Assembly (NCBI GenBank): GCA_051294375.1 | Contig: CM119270.1 | Location: forward strand, 16,570,928 to 16,634,304 | Source: Paraspadella gotoi | Lineage: Eukaryota; Animalia; Chaetognatha | Length of the DNA: 63,377 nt | Reading direction: 5' to 3' | Part shown: piece by piece, positions 1 to 14,309 of the stretch | Numbering within the stretch: position 1 is the first letter of the stretch | How the letters are laid out: every line of letters begins with the position of its first letter | Notes under the pieces: generated by a model | Databases searched by the model: none | Seen by the model: the letters and a program-made list of their open reading frames with translations, nothing else | What the model was told of the DNA's origin: nothing | Translations under genes and position numbers: made by a program

Positions 1-1604
1 CTTTAAACCAATTACCGTCTCCACTCCCCTCTATTTTCTCTGAGGTCAGTCCAACCTCCTTTTTCTCTTCGAGCGATCGAATCGACTTCTTGACCACACC
101 ATTTCTGCCCTTTTCCTCTTTCTCCGTGATTCCCGGTCTCCCCAGCTTTTTTTTTACTTTGCCCTCTGNNNNNNNNNNNNNNNNNNNNNNNNNNNNNNNN
201 NNNNNNNNNNNNNNNNNNNNNNNNNNNNNNNNNNNNNNNNNNNNNNNNNNNNNNNNNNNNNNNNNNNNNNNNNNNNNNNNNNNNNNNNNNNNNNNNNNNN
301 NNNNNNNNNNNNNNNNNNNNNNNNNNNNNNNNNNNNNNNNNNNNNNNNNNNNNNNNNNNNNNNNNNNNNNNNNNNNNNNNNNNNNNNNNNNNNNNNNNNN
401 NNNGGAAAAAGTTAGAAAGAGATGAAAAAGAAGACAAGACGTAGAAAAAAAAGGAAAGGGGGTAGAAGGAAAAAGGAAGACGAGGAAAAGATGAAACTAC
501 AAAGGAAAAGGAAAAAGAGAGAAAAGGGAAAAGTGGAAATAAAAGAAAATGGAAGACGAAAGATGGGAAGAGGTGGGTACAATTTGACGAGGGAGTTTCG
601 GTGCGAAAGAGAAAAATGAAAGGAGGTTAAGTAGCAACAACAACAACAACAATCGCTACAACAACAACGCAGCAGGTACCATTTTTGATTCTTTACCCCC
701 ACGGGGATTCGGTAACCACAGTCGAAGTACCTTTCACGTAATCAGGTCGTTACGTCTTTTTTTTTGCTCCGGTTAAATGGAAAGAAAAGACAATTGAAGA
801 TTTTTTCAGGGATTAACTACTATATTTCTCACCTTTGGTGAGTAATAAACCTGTTAATTTGTCTAACCTTTATTATTTATATCGTCTTCACCGAATCGCA
901 AGCTTTTTTTTCCTCGAATCGAATCAATTAAGTCGTATTTTCGCGGGATCTTTTGTTTGTTTATTCAAAGCAGCTGCTTTCGCCGCCGCCGGCGTCGGCG
1001 CTGAGGTGGCCACTCCCGTAAACATTGCGCAACGGATGACGACGATGATGATGATGATGATGAATATGATGATGATGATGCAGCAAATAAAACGACGTAG
1101 ACGACGACGATAACAACGTCGTCTTCTCAAACCACGTGGAGTCATGGACAGACGTCAGACGTCGTCCTATGGTCATTTGATTGACTCTCTTTCTCTCTCA
1201 CGAACTCTCTCTCTCTTTATTTCTCTTTGTCTCTTTCGGATCAATGAAGCGACCATTTATATAATTCAGAAAGTAAAGAAGCAAAATCTTTAGATTTAAA
1301 ACATCTTCGAATGTGATAATAAATAAATTAAGGCCTTAAATTTTGAAGCCAGTGATGCTATCGCATTCGTCTATAACCAGATGACCTTTTTCCTCCCCAA
1401 TTTGGACATCAAAAAAAATTTATTAATCAAAATATAGACATCGAGTTCTATGAAACGGAGAAAAATCATGTACCTCATTCGTTAACAATGCGAACTCCGG
1501 ATTCGTAATTCAAAGGCCGATAAATCAAAAACAGAGTTTCATTCTTCAAATTTTCGTCTCGATGTTGATATTAGATTCCCTTTTTTTTTGTCCGCCTTGC
1601 CTTT

Positions 1605-1642
<38 letters not shown>

Positions 1643-1820
1643 CTCTCTTCTCTCTGCTCTCTCTCTCTCTCTCTCTCCTCTTTTAAAGCGTTTCCCCCCT
1701 TCTCAACTTGGACCATATGGTCTGCCCCGCCATTTCGTCCACTTCATTACCATTAGTCGGGGGGGTCCCATATTTCAGAGAGGCACCGCTTTTTAATTCT
1801 CTCTCTCTTCTCCCCCCTCT

Positions 1821-1854
<34 letters not shown>

Positions 1855-2719
1855 TTTGCTTCTGTCTGGAGATTGGCATCACCAAAACCTCATTTACAAT
1901 CATTTCGGTCTTTCGTCGACCAATTTTCATGGTGACGAGCTTATCACTGAATCTCCCTCGAACAGGCAAAAATCAACTCTTTTGCGTATGACAACATTAA
2001 CAAAAGTCTTACTTGTTCCAAAACATTTTTGAAATAGTTTTTTGTTTTTTTTGATAGATTGATAGAAAAAACACTTGATATTAAGGCCTTTGGCACAGAA
2101 GCAACATCTCCTATATTTTGGGGATTTACCATTAACCCAGCTATTTTCCCTTTTTTTAACTCGACAAAGACGTTTACTAACATTGAGAGCAAAGAATCTC
2201 ACTCTGGAACGTTACAATTTTGACCTCTTTAATACTCGAAATCTCACCACTCCTTGTGCACCCCTTCGTCAGCCCACCCCCCACTCCCCTCAACTCCTTA
2301 CGTCACTTGTCTGTCCAGCGTCAACCCCCGTGGGGAACCCTCCCCCCTCGTTTCCCTGGGGGGACTCGTTTTTCGCCCCCGCGTTTATCCCCCCAGGGGT
2401 CAACGTCGCTGCTCTTACGCGAATCAGGAAAAAAAAAGGAAAAGAATTAAAATAAGAAAGAAAAAAGAAAGAGAAAAAAAAAGCCGCAGCCTTTTGTTAA
2501 ACTCGTCTAATTTATCGGCGGCCCCCCGCTCGTCTCTGGCCCAACGGGGTGGCGATCGACCGGGCAAACCGAGCGCCCGACGCCGGCACGGGGCCGTGAA
2601 GCGGCGCTCGAGCGGTCGACGGCAGCGGCGGCGGCGGCGGCGGCGGCGGTAACACGCCGAGAGAGAAAGGACACGGATAGTGAGTGAATCATTGAAAAAA
2701 AGCTGTCATGACGTGTACG

Positions 2720-2756
<37 letters not shown>

Positions 2757-3761
2757 AGTAGAGAGAGAGAGAGGAAGAGAAGAGAGATAGAGAATGAGAG
2801 AAGAGAGTAGAGCATCATGGCTATACTCGAAGCCTTCGAAAACAGCCGCAGCCTCCGGGAGCAGACCGCGCGGCCGCCCCGGATTCGGGTGTGCTCCCCT
2901 GTCTCTCGACTTTTTGTCGCTCGGCTATTTCTTTAACTCCTCTTCCTCTTCCTTCTCCTTATCTCCCGATCCGCGCGGCACTGCAAAAGTTCGAATCCGA
3001 ATCGTAGCTGCAGCGCGGATCTTATCTTCTCTTCTCTCTCCTCATATACCTCGTCTACCGCCGAGGCTCTCTCTCTGCCTTCCGAGGCGGATCGATCATA
3101 GGTTCGCGCGGAATCCGGGGAGTTCTTTTAAAGAGATTAAGGCCTTTTTGAAAGTATACATTATTGTAGGGTTTCATTGTCAAAAAAAAAAGAAAGAAAA
3201 ATACAAAGCAAGACAGAGAAAGAACGATTGAGAGAGAATAGAAATGAAATAGAGAGGCGGAAAAAAATTAAAAATTTAGTTCAACAATTTTTTTTAATAT
3301 TAAGATTTTTAGCTTTAAATAATTAATATTAATAAAAGAAGATATACACTTAACAATCTAATGATAATATGCTGAAAAACAATTGAAAAATTGATGAATA
3401 AGGATAAAAATGATCGAAAATGAGCTATTGATATATTATTTTATTTGCATTTTTTGGTTACGCGAGGACGTATGAGAGTAAAGATTAGAAAAATTTAGAA
3501 TCAAGTAGAAATATAAAATTTGAGCATTGCAGCTGTGAATATTTTTAGAATAATTTTTTTTTAGTTTTTCAGCAATTGTTTCGCATAGCCATATTTAAAC
3601 ATTGTTAAATTGTCAAAAATTTTAAAATATTTTTTTCTTACTTTTAAAAGTCAGATGTTAAATTTCTCCTATTAATTTAAATTTAATTCAATTGACTAAA
3701 TATCAAATTTTCCAAAAATAAGTCTTTAGCAAGTTTTTTTTAAGCTTGCTCTTTTGTTCTC

Positions 3762-3943
3762 ATAGACAAGCTTCCCTTAGTGCTCCGTACAGTTTGAGTG
3801 TAGGAGGGTCGCCTTAGGCTTTCAGTGTAGTTATCCAGGAGTGTTAGCGAAACGTTGAAACAGAAGCCCGTCAGACATTTGTCTGAGAATCCTAAGAACT
3901 ATCTACTACAACTGACTTTACTACTACTTACCTAACTACTACT
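3762..3943 (+). mobile_element. SINE-like fragment with (ACT)n tail
   Basis: GC-balanced island in AT-rich DNA ending in degenerate CTACTA repeats. No internal promoter boxes confirmed. Confidence 0.25.
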
Positions 3944-5480
3944 TTAAGTTAAATGTGAAATTCAGAACCATTATTCACTCTTCTACGCTTAATTACGTAC
4001 AGATATAATTTTTCTTTGTGTTACTATTGCCATGAATATATAAGTGTGAGGGGATAATCTTCTGTAGTTACCTGTTATCCATAGAAGTATTTAAATTGTT
4101 GGCTCTTTTAACTCGAACATGTGGCATATCTGACATCATTTTTACTCAATTCTTAATAATGTCTTTAGTCTATTATCTTTCTCTCGCGCCCCGAAATTGA
4201 GGGTCCTTTGAATATTGAGCATCAACTGTATTGATTTCTGTTACCTTTTTTAATATTTTCACAGACTATTCAACAATCAATTAAAAACTTAGAGTTAATT
4301 TTAAAAAAATCATAGTATTGCTAAACAATTTTTAACTCCTCATGTGTCAGCTCTACAAAGTGGTTATAGGAACTTATATTTTTTTAATTCCTTAGTTACT
4401 TTTTAACTTCTGAAAAGTTATATAAATAAATAATTTCTTTTTATACAAATGTCAAAAATCCAATTTTGTTTTTTTTGAAACATTTTCCTTAATTTAGAAC
4501 TATATTGCTTGTTGGATCAGCTTGGATTTATTTGTTATTATTTTCTTGTTTTGTGTTTCACTCGGTGATTATTTTCAATGAAAGCCTGTTCTATTTTTAC
4601 TACAAAATTCATTATATTTTTCGGTCCCTATAGAGAAAAAATAAAATTTTGTTGAAGAAGTACTTGAATACTTGCTAATCCCTTAAAAGAGAATGTCCGT
4701 TATTAAAGTAGTATTGGAAATATATTAAGCTTATTAAAAAAATATTCAAGTTTATATATATATATATATATATAATGTCTATAAGAGGAAGAAGTAGGGG
4801 AAATGACCAAAATAATACATTAATAAGAAAAATAAAGGATTATGTAAGTATGTAGCGAGTACTCGGACAAGAGCAAGGAAGAGAGTAAGGAATGAATGAG
4901 AGAGAGATGAAGAAAGATAAAGATGAGTATATCCTGGCCTAGGTTCACCGGTAAAAAGAAGAGAAAATCTCCTGCCGATCCGAGCGGAAGAGAAGTATAT
5001 ATCCGGAAGGAGAAGTGAGTTCGATAGGCAGTCCTCGCCGCGCCTCTGTCTACCTCGGTCTTCTCCGTCTCTCTCGTAGTCATGTATATCTCAGAGATGA
5101 GAGTGAGCGAGTATATCGGCAGATCTCGTGAAATAATAACTTATATCCTAATATGTGGTCTCAATAAGGATAATATATGTATAGATATATATGAGATGAG
5201 TGGAGAGAGGAGAGAAATGAGTGAATGTATATATACGTATCAACTGATATTATATTTTTTATTACCTCATATAATTATATATATATGCTCCCGTATATTT
5301 AGCACACATGACTTATCGAGTGGACGTATATCTAACTCTGTGCGTCTTCTGCGCTCGCTGTTNNNNNNNNNNNNNNNNNNNNNNNNNTCTCCCAGAATAG
5401 CATTTGGGTGGTTGGCCGTTGTGAAGATGTTTTCCCTCATTTGGCCGAGACGTTTTGGCCGCTTTCTTTCTTCTTCTGCC

Positions 5481-5518
<38 letters not shown>

Positions 5519-5652
5519 TTCCCTTCGTCCGAGTCTTTTCTTCAGATCCTTAATGGGGTCGGGATTAACCTTTCGGAAGAGAACGAGTTTCGTTCCCAAA
5601 GACTTTATCTCCTTCGTTCGCATGAGATATGCAACAGGAGTTTTAGCGCGCC

Positions 5653-5820
5653 ATCTCTGAGCGCAAGTGTCTCTCGCTCCTTTGCATGTATTTCGGGGCG
5701 TAATTGTTTCTTGCCCCTTTGGTCGTATTTCCGAGCGCAGGTGTTGCTCGCCACTTTGATCGCATCTCTGAGCAAGTGTCTCTCGCCATTTGGTCGCATC
5801 TCTGTGCGCAAGGTGTTACG
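5653..5820 (-). repeat. Degenerate ~37-bp minisatellite (4.5 units)
   Basis: Minus-strand units resemble (A/G)ACAC(C/T)TGCGCTCAGAGATGCGACCAAA..GGCGAGA. Confidence 0.55.
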
Positions 5821-6165
5821 TACATAGAATAGTGAGATTCTGAGAAATCGTTGCTCACATTTTAAGCGGCAAAGGATTATTGCATAAATTAAATATAATT
5901 TTAACATATTTTAACGTAATGAAAGATGTAAACGAAAAACAGTTTGGTTCGCACGCAAAACAAAAGGAACACACGCAGTTCGCACGCACGGGGCTGAAAA
6001 GTCGACAGAGACAGCGTTTACAGTCACGGACAAATTATTGACGTTTTTACTAGGAAAAGCATCAATTACGTGACGTCAGAGAAGAGGAGAGGAAATTGTC
6101 ATGTCGTCGCCGTCGTCGTCGTCGTCTGCTTCGTCGTGGCCGGCGTCGTCGGGCTTGTCTCTCTT

Positions 6166-6200
<35 letters not shown>

Positions 6201-6288
6201 ATTGAAGGCGTCGACTTTTAAGACTCGGTCATCAATTTGGAAGTTGGGAGCTCGTCGCCGCAGAGGGTAACAATTTGCGCAGAGGGAG

Positions 6289-6329
<41 letters not shown>

Positions 6330-8173
6330 TAATTTTTTACAGATTTCTGAAAAGGAATACTATTTGTTAAATTAGATAAGGTCAAAGTTTTTTTAATTGT
6401 TATTAATCCTGGCGCTCGTTATGAAATAAGAATTAAATTGTTTATAAATCTATTTAGTAATTATTTAATTAAACAAATGATTAATACCTTAATTCATTCT
6501 CCTCATGCGGAACATCTTTTCATTCCTCAGAAATCTCTCAGAAGCCTCGACACGAACTCACCCTTCTCATCCCTTACTTACTCTCCCTTACTCCTTACTT
6601 ACCCCTTACTCCTTACTTACCCCTAACTCACCCCTATCCCAATCCAAGGATGAAATGTTTCATCGTTCGATTCCATTTTTATCGCTTCCGACGGAAAGAG
6701 AGAATTCCACGATTCCATTCTCCCCCCCCAAATAAAACCCCAAAAAAGGGGGGATTCCATTTTGTCGAGATCTAAGCACCATATTTGGCGTCGTAAATGG
6801 CGTCATTTCGGTTTCACGTGGGTCGTAAAAAAAGGGAGATTCCAATTCCTTGACTCGACTTTTTTTTCTTTTTTCTTTCCTCCATTTTGGGTTTTTTTTT
6901 TCTTTCTCATCATTCAGTTTCTCCCTTTAAAGTTTATATTTCATTTTATATACAAGAAAAAAACTAAAAACATTNNNNNNNNNNNNNNNNNNNNNNNNNN
7001 NNNNNNNNNNNNNNNNNNNNNNNNNNNNNNNNNNNNNNNNNNNNNNNNNNNNNNNNNNNNNNNNNNNNNNNNNNNNNNNNNNNNNNNNNNNNNNNNNNNN
7101 NNNNNNNNNNNNNNNNNNNNNNNNNNNNNNNNNNNNNNNNNNNNNNNNNNNNNNNNNNNNNNNNNNNNNNNNNNNNNNNNNNNNNNNNNNNNNNNNNNNN
7201 NNNNNNNNNNNNNNNNNNNNNNNNNNNNNNNNNNNNNNNNNNNNNNNNNNNNNNNNNNNNNNNNNNNNNNNNNNNNNNNNNNNNNNNNNNNNNNNNNNNN
7301 NNNNNNNNNNNNNNNNNNNNNNNNNNNNNNNNNNNNNNNNNNNNNNNNNNNNNNNNNNNNNNNNNNNNNNNNNNNNNNNNNNNNNNNNNNNNNNNNNNNN
7401 NNNNNNNNNNNNNNNNNNNNNNNNNNNNNNNNNNNNNNNNNNNNNNNNNNGGGCGGCGCCGTGGCGCGCCGCTTTATAATTCCGCCGGCGCCGTCATATT
7501 TTACTGTTGGCGACGCAAAGGATTTCGTAGTCTTCGTCGACGTCATCGTCGCGGTTTTATTATCGTCATCTTCGTCGTCAGTCGACGACATTATCCAACT
7601 TGTTCTAATCTATAGGAATCCTATTTACTTAGGAAGCCATACAAATTGTTATCAATGTTTAAAATATTATCATCAAAATTAGAAACAAGTTTAAATTCAC
7701 GATTTTTTAAAAATATTCTAATTAAAAACAATACGACTGTCTAAATCTCTTTAATTACATCAAGGATTGTCGTCAGTAGTCAGTAGGGCGCTGCGACTCG
7801 TCGCTTCGAACAAAAGGCAAAAAGTGATAAAAANNNNNNNNNNNNNNNNNNNNNNNNNNNNNNNNNNNNNNNNNNNNNNNNNNNNNNNNNNNNNNNNNNN
7901 NNNNNNNNNNNNNNNNNNNNNNNNNNNNNNNNNNNNNNNNNNNNNNNNNNNNNNNNNNNNNNNNNNNNNNNNNNNNNNNNNNNNNNNNNNNNNNNNNNNN
8001 NNNNNNNNNNNNNNNNNNCGCTCCGACCTCCTGCCTCACTCTGAATCTTTCTGTCCCTCTCTTGCTCTGTCTGTCTTTTTCATCTTCCATAGGGTCTCCT
8101 GCCGGCGGCTTTTTTTTTTTTCTGTCTGTCTGTTTTCTCCTCAGAATTTAGAGATTTCTCATTTTTGTCTTTC

Positions 8174-8231
<58 letters not shown>

Positions 8232-8496
8232 CTCTCTCTCGTCTCTTCTTCTGCGTCTCGCGCGAGTGTTTCAAGCATCGGTTTCATTACAGTGTTTCGT
8301 TCTTCCCGCCGGGCAGGAGACCCTATGAAGATGAAAAAAGACAGACAGAGCAAGAGAGGACAGGAAAGATTCAGAGTGAGGCAGGAGGTCGGAGCGGTAG
8401 GGCGCTGCGACTCGTCGTTCGAACAAAAGGCGCCAAAGTTGATAAAAAAGCGGGGTATCTCTCTCTTTTTGNNNNNNNNNNNNNNNNNNNNNNNNN

Positions 8497-9659
8497 AGAA
8501 AGAAAGAAAGAAAGAAAGAAAGAAAGGAAGAAAAAAGAGAAAACAAAATGATAAAAAAACAGAAATAAAAGAAACAGAGAAAAACAGAAAGCTGGCGAGA
8601 AACAACGACACTTATTTTTTTTCATTTAAATAACAAGATTATTTAAAAAAAAGGAGAGGAAAAGAGAAAGAAATAGCGGGAGAAAAGAAAAAAGAGAGAG
8701 AGAGAGAGTGAGAGCACTAAACGTCCGCTTACAACGGAAGTATCTGTCCACCCTTTTGATGAAAAAGAGTTGGGAATGACAAGGAAGGAAAATTGGGGAT
8801 TGTCATAGTTTATATGGAAAAATAAAAAAAGAGAAAAGTGTTGTGTTTACGATAAGATGGAAAAGAACACGCAGGGCTCGTTGGCGCGCCGCTTTGATCT
8901 CATTAAAAAGGAATAAAATGGGGTCGACAGACATTGCTATCAAATATGCATAGATACGACGCCGCCAAAGAGACGCAATCCTCTTTTTATTGATAAATAA
9001 TATTTTTTTTCTCACCTCGTTTTAATTTTAATGTTTCTCTTTTCTTTCTTTATTAGGTTCGATAAAGTTGTTCGAAAGAATTACATATGCGTATTTGTCA
9101 TCGTTAATTCTTGGCCAAAATGGTATCGTTATCAAAAGATAATGCTTTTTTTTTGTGGGATTAAACGCTGCCGAAAGGTTATTATGAAAAATCATTGCGA
9201 ATTGAAGATTTATTTTTTAGTTTTCAAAATTTTAAAGAGTTTGTACAATGTACATTAATAGGCATGTTCGTCAAAATTAAACGACGTGAAATGATTTGAC
9301 AATGTTAAGAAAGCAAAAAAAAAAACATTTTCATAATTGTACATCCGAAAATTATGAAAGAAAAAAAAGGAAACAGAGAAAACGAAAAGAAAATCAAGTT
9401 TGGAAAAAAGAGAGAAAAAAAATTGACAAAGAAAAAAGTAAAAGGAATCATTTTCTGAGGATTTTGAACAGTGAAAATTTGTGAACATAAAAACACTAAT
9501 CAAGTCCGATCCTCTCTTTGCGGCGTGTGATAAAATGTGATAAAGTCACAATGGAACTGAACAGTTATCGTGAGATCAAAAGGAAAAAAAAAAGCGGAGG
9601 ACGGATCCGCGAAAAAAAGATCGTCACTGGATTTTAGTGATCGTAAAACAGTCGTTGTT

Positions 9660-9692
<33 letters not shown>

Positions 9693-10059
9693 TCTTGAAT
9701 TGAATGCAACCGGGGTCATTTCTTCGAACACCTGCCACAATAGTTTTATTGCACAATGGAAGTTCTTTCTTTCAGAGACAAACTCGAAATTCCAGCCTTT
9801 GCTCCCGGGGAAAATTTGGCCATAATTACTCTTTATTCTATCGCTCTTTTCTTTATTTTCTTTCTTTCTTTCTTTCTTCTTCTTTCTTTCTTCTTTCTTC
9901 TTTCTTTCTTTCTTTCTTTCTTTCTTCTTTCTTTCTTCTTTCTTTCTTCTTTCTTTTTCTTTCTTTCTTTTCTTTCTTTCTTCTCTTTCTATGTATTCTT
10001 ACTGCTCTTTTTACTCTTAAAATTCTAACTTTTCTTAACGTCTTTCCTACCTTCTCTCT

Positions 10060-10107
<48 letters not shown>

Positions 10108-11430
10108 TCTCTCTCTCTCTCTCTCTCTCCCCCCTTAGTCATCAACGTTCTTTCTTTTCAAAAAAATATGTCCCCACCCGATCGATTTTATTTCTCGTTC
10201 GACGCCGGTCATTAATTTACGAAATTCTCCGAAACGACGACGACGACGGACGACGACGACGCGACTAGACGACACGAGACGACGACACACGCCCAGACAA
10301 TTTTACGTTCACTAATCCCAGCGATCTTTTTTTCGCGGATCCGTCCTCCGCTTTTTTTTTCCTTTTGATCTCACGATAACTGTTCAGTTCCATTGTGACC
10401 TTTTATTACACATTTTATACAACGCCGCAAAGAGAGGATCGGACTTGATTAGTGTTTTTATGTTTCACAATTTTCACTGTTCAAAATCCTCAGAAAATGA
10501 TTCCTTTACTTTTTCTTTGTCAATTTTTTTTTCTCTCTTTTTTCCAAAACTTGATTTCTTTCGTTTTCTCTGTTTCCTTTTTTTTCTTTCATAATTTCGG
10601 ATGTACAATTATGAAAATGTTTTTTTTTTTGCTTTCTTAACATTGTCAACCATTTCACGTCGTTTAATTTGACGAACATGCCTATTAATGTACATTGTAC
10701 AAACTCTTTAAAATTTTGAAAACTAAAAAATAAATCTCAATTCGCAATGATTTTTCATAATAACCTTTCGGCAGCGTTTAATCCCACAAAAAAAAAGCAT
10801 TATCTTTTGATAACGTACCATTTTGGCCAAGAATTAACGATGAAAATACGCATATGTAATTCTTTCGAACAACTTATCGAACTAATAAAGAAAGAAAAGA
10901 GAAACATTAAAATTAAAACCGAGTGAGAAAAAAAAATATTATTTATCATAAAAAGAGGATTGCGTCTCTTTGGCGCGTCCGTTCTATGCATTATTTGATA
11001 GCAATGTCTGTCGACCCCATTTATTCCTTTTTAATGAGATCAAAGCGGCGCAGCCAACGAGCCTGCGTGTTCTTTTCCATCTTATCGTAAACACAACACT
11101 TTTTCTCTTTTTTTTATTTTTCCAATATAACACATCCCCATTTTCCTCCTTGTCATTCCAATCTTTTTCATCAAAGGGTGGACAGATACTTCCGTTGTAA
11201 GCGGACGTTCAGTGCTCTCACTCTCTCTCTCTCTCTTTTTTCTTTCTCCCGCTATTTCTTTCTCTTTTCTCTCCTTTTTTTTAAATAATCGTGTTATTTA
11301 AATGAAAAAAAGATAGTTCGTTGTTTCTCGCCAGCTTTCTGTTTTCTCTGTTTCTTTTATTTCGTTTTTTTATCATTTTGTTTTCTCTTTTTTCTTCCTT
11401 TTTTCTTTCTTTCTTTTTTCTTTCTTTTTT
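8497..11430. repeat. ~1.2-kb inverted duplication (8497-9690 vs 10230-11430), probably an assembly artefact
   Basis: Example: AAAAGCGGAGGACGGATCCGCG (about 9590) vs CGCGGATCCGTCCTCCGCTTTT (about 10334). The arms differ mostly by single-base indels and lie between 25-N gaps. Confidence 0.75.
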
Positions 11431-11477
11431 TTTTATTCGTCTGTCTGTTTTTCTTCATCAATTTAAATTTCTCATTT

Positions 11478-11515
<38 letters not shown>

Positions 11516-12103
11516 CTCTCTCTCTCGTCTCTCTTCTTCTCTTCTTCTCTCTCTCTTCTCTGCGTCTCGCGGCGAAGTGTTTTCAACATCGGTTTCATTG
11601 ACAGTTTGTTTCGTCTTCCCGCCGGCAGGAGACCCTATGGAAGATGAAAAAGAAGACAGAGCAAGAGAGGACGAAAAGATTCAGAGTGAGGCAGGAGTCG
11701 GAGGCGGTAGGGCGCTGCGACTCGTCGCTTCGAACAAAAGGCAAAAAGTGATAAAAACGTNNNNNNNNNNNNNNNNNNNNNNNNNGACAATACCAAAAAT
11801 TCCTTTTTCAAAACGAACCTCAACAATCAGGTCGTCAGAAGTCAAAACCTACCCGAAATACCAGAAGATTAACTTTCTCTCATTTTTTTTATTTTCAATT
11901 GACCCAGTCAATCTCTGGAAATCCTTTTCCTTACCCAGCCTGCCGACTCGCCTCTCCTGACCCTCCGCATGAACCCACCCAACCCGGTGCCTCACCTCCC
12001 ATGACCTCCTCGACGAAACCCACCCCAGGATCCTCCGCCCAACTCGCCGGTCGACTCTCCCTTCAAACCTTATCTCTCTCATCTCCTTTTGACGTTCATT
12101 TTA

Positions 12104-12216
<113 letters not shown>

Positions 12217-12599
12217 GCTGAAAAGATAGAGACGGAGACGGTTTTAAAAGTCAATGGGCCCAGTGATTACGGTTCCATCCGAGACTTTCTCGTCCTAAAA
12301 ACTTCGACTTCGTATTGAAGTTAATCTCCTTTTAATTTTGAGAGAAAACCGTAAAAGTCATCGTCGTCGTCGTCGTCGTCGTCGTCGTCTTCGATGCTAT
12401 TATATCGTCATCGGCGTCATCTTCGTCTTCCATGTCTTTTTCGTCTCTTGTTGTCGTTGTTATACTCTCGCTGAATCGAGTCTCGTAGGATTAATTATTT
12501 CCGAGTTTGCTTACATTCACCGCCGCCTTGGTTGAAGCGTTTTGTATTATATATTATTATATATAATAGCATTATATATTATATCGCGTCGTCAAGGCA

Positions 12600-12878
12600 A
12601 CATCACCGACATTTCGGATGCACCGGCGCCGTCAAGGCCCCGCTCCGGCATCCCCGCGTTTTTGCATGGGACTCTACAAGACTTCGCTAGAGGAACATTA
12701 TATCGCAGGAGACTCAGCCTCACCTAAAGTAAAATCGAATCGGAGGATCGGGTAAACTCCGCAGAATCGGAATCACTGGTTTGTGATCGGTCGAGGAAGA
12801 ACCCGTGGCTTTGCCTTTGCCTGTACCTGTGCCTGTGCCTGTGCCTGTGCCTTTGCCTGTGCCTTTGCCTTTGTCTTT
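12600..12878 (+). mobile_element. SINE/LINE-3'-end-like fragment with (TGCCTG/TGCCTT)n tail
   Basis: Complex, GC-balanced non-coding segment ending in a hexamer tandem tail (12808-12878). Family not recognised. Confidence 0.3.
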
Positions 12879-13024
12879 AGGGACCACACATTTGTGGGCG
12901 TCTGTTATCGGTTTATAATGTGATATAATGTTTGTGTCGTACAGATTATTTTTACTCTTGCATTTTCGTGATGTACTTTTTGTTTTCGTCTTTTGTTTTT
13001 ATTAGTGTCTATATATGTTTACTA

Positions 13025-13632
13025 AGGCGTAGTAAAATTCCTAAATACAACTTTAATTAAAATTCTAAAAGTGAGGAACGAACAACATTATACTAATGAA
13101 CATTTATGTAATAAAAAAATTTAGAATAATATTTACAATTTACGCAGTAGGCCATATTTATACTAGTACTAAACCAATAAATGTTAAAATTTCAAAACAG
13201 TTTTTTTAAAGATTTTTTTGCAGATATTGATTCGTCATAAAAAGTTGATAAAAAGAAATATAACTCTTTTTGAAAAATTCCTTTATTAAGTGAGTCAAAA
13301 ATTAGAAAAAGCTATATTTTAAGCTGAAAATTAACTTTTTATATATTAAATATAGTTTTTTTAATTTTGAACCCACTTAATGAAAGAATTTTTAAAAATA
13401 ATTTATATTTTCTTTTATCAACTTTTGATAAGGAATTCAAATCTGCAATCAAAATTAAGAAAAGCCTATTTTGAAATTTTTCGATTTTATAAGGATAGTA
13501 CTATATAAAAATATAGCCTACTGCGAAAATTAAAAAACATAAAATTATTTTTTTTTACAAATTAATGTTCACTGATGGTATGTTGTTCATAATTGACTTT
13601 TAGAATTTTCGTATGCAACTTTCACTAGGCCT
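13025..13632. mobile_element. Foldback MITE (~610 bp, long imperfect inverted repeats, TA-flanked)
   Basis: Arms pair along their length: AGGCGTAGT/ACTAGGCCT termini, AATTCTAAAAGT/ACTTTTAGAATT, CGCAGTAGGC/GCCTACTGCG, AAAAGTTGATAAAAAGAAA/TTTCTTTTATCAACTTTT. TA on both sides (13023-24, 13633-34). Non-coding. Confidence 0.75.
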
Positions 13633-14273
13633 TAATGTTTATGTATATATGCGTATGTGTGTATATATAATGTTGATGTTAGTTTTTTATTTCTATTATT
13701 AGCATTGTGGTCCCTCTGCCCTTTACTCTAACACGTTATATTCATACATTATTGGGTACACATGTTCTCCACTTATAACGTTTTTATAAAGTTTTATAAC
13801 GTTTTCGTTTTCGTTTTTACCTTTTATTTTAGAAAGGTTATTATTTCGCAAATTACAGTTTAACATTTTGTTCACGTTTATTATGTGTTATATGTTATAT
13901 GTTTTGATGTTAGTATTTTTTTTATATTTTTGTGATCAGTGTAATTTTTATTTGTTTAATGTTTTCCAGTCTTTTTATGCTGTTATTGATACCGTTTTTG
14001 TTATTAATAAAAAAATTGTACAATGTGCAATTGTGCATCTTTGCATACTCCCTTCCCTCGAGAGAAAATTTGCCTTAAATTCCTGCTCATTAGGAAGGTT
14101 TGAGTTCTAAGGAAATATTTTACGTTAAAGTTGATATACTGTATGCTTTACAGGGCTCATCCTCCTGATTAATGTACAATCATAACGTAACTGTTAAAAA
14201 TTTCACTTAACTCGTCCGTGACGTTTTAATCCCATCTCAACACGCTCGTCGCGTCTCTAACCCGCCGGAGTTT

Positions 14274-14309
<36 letters not shown>

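Noticed and set aside
4760-5360. ORF 5082-5660 and the surrounding AT/AG-patterned sequence
   Set aside because: Looks like low-quality uncorrected read sequence and spans a gap.
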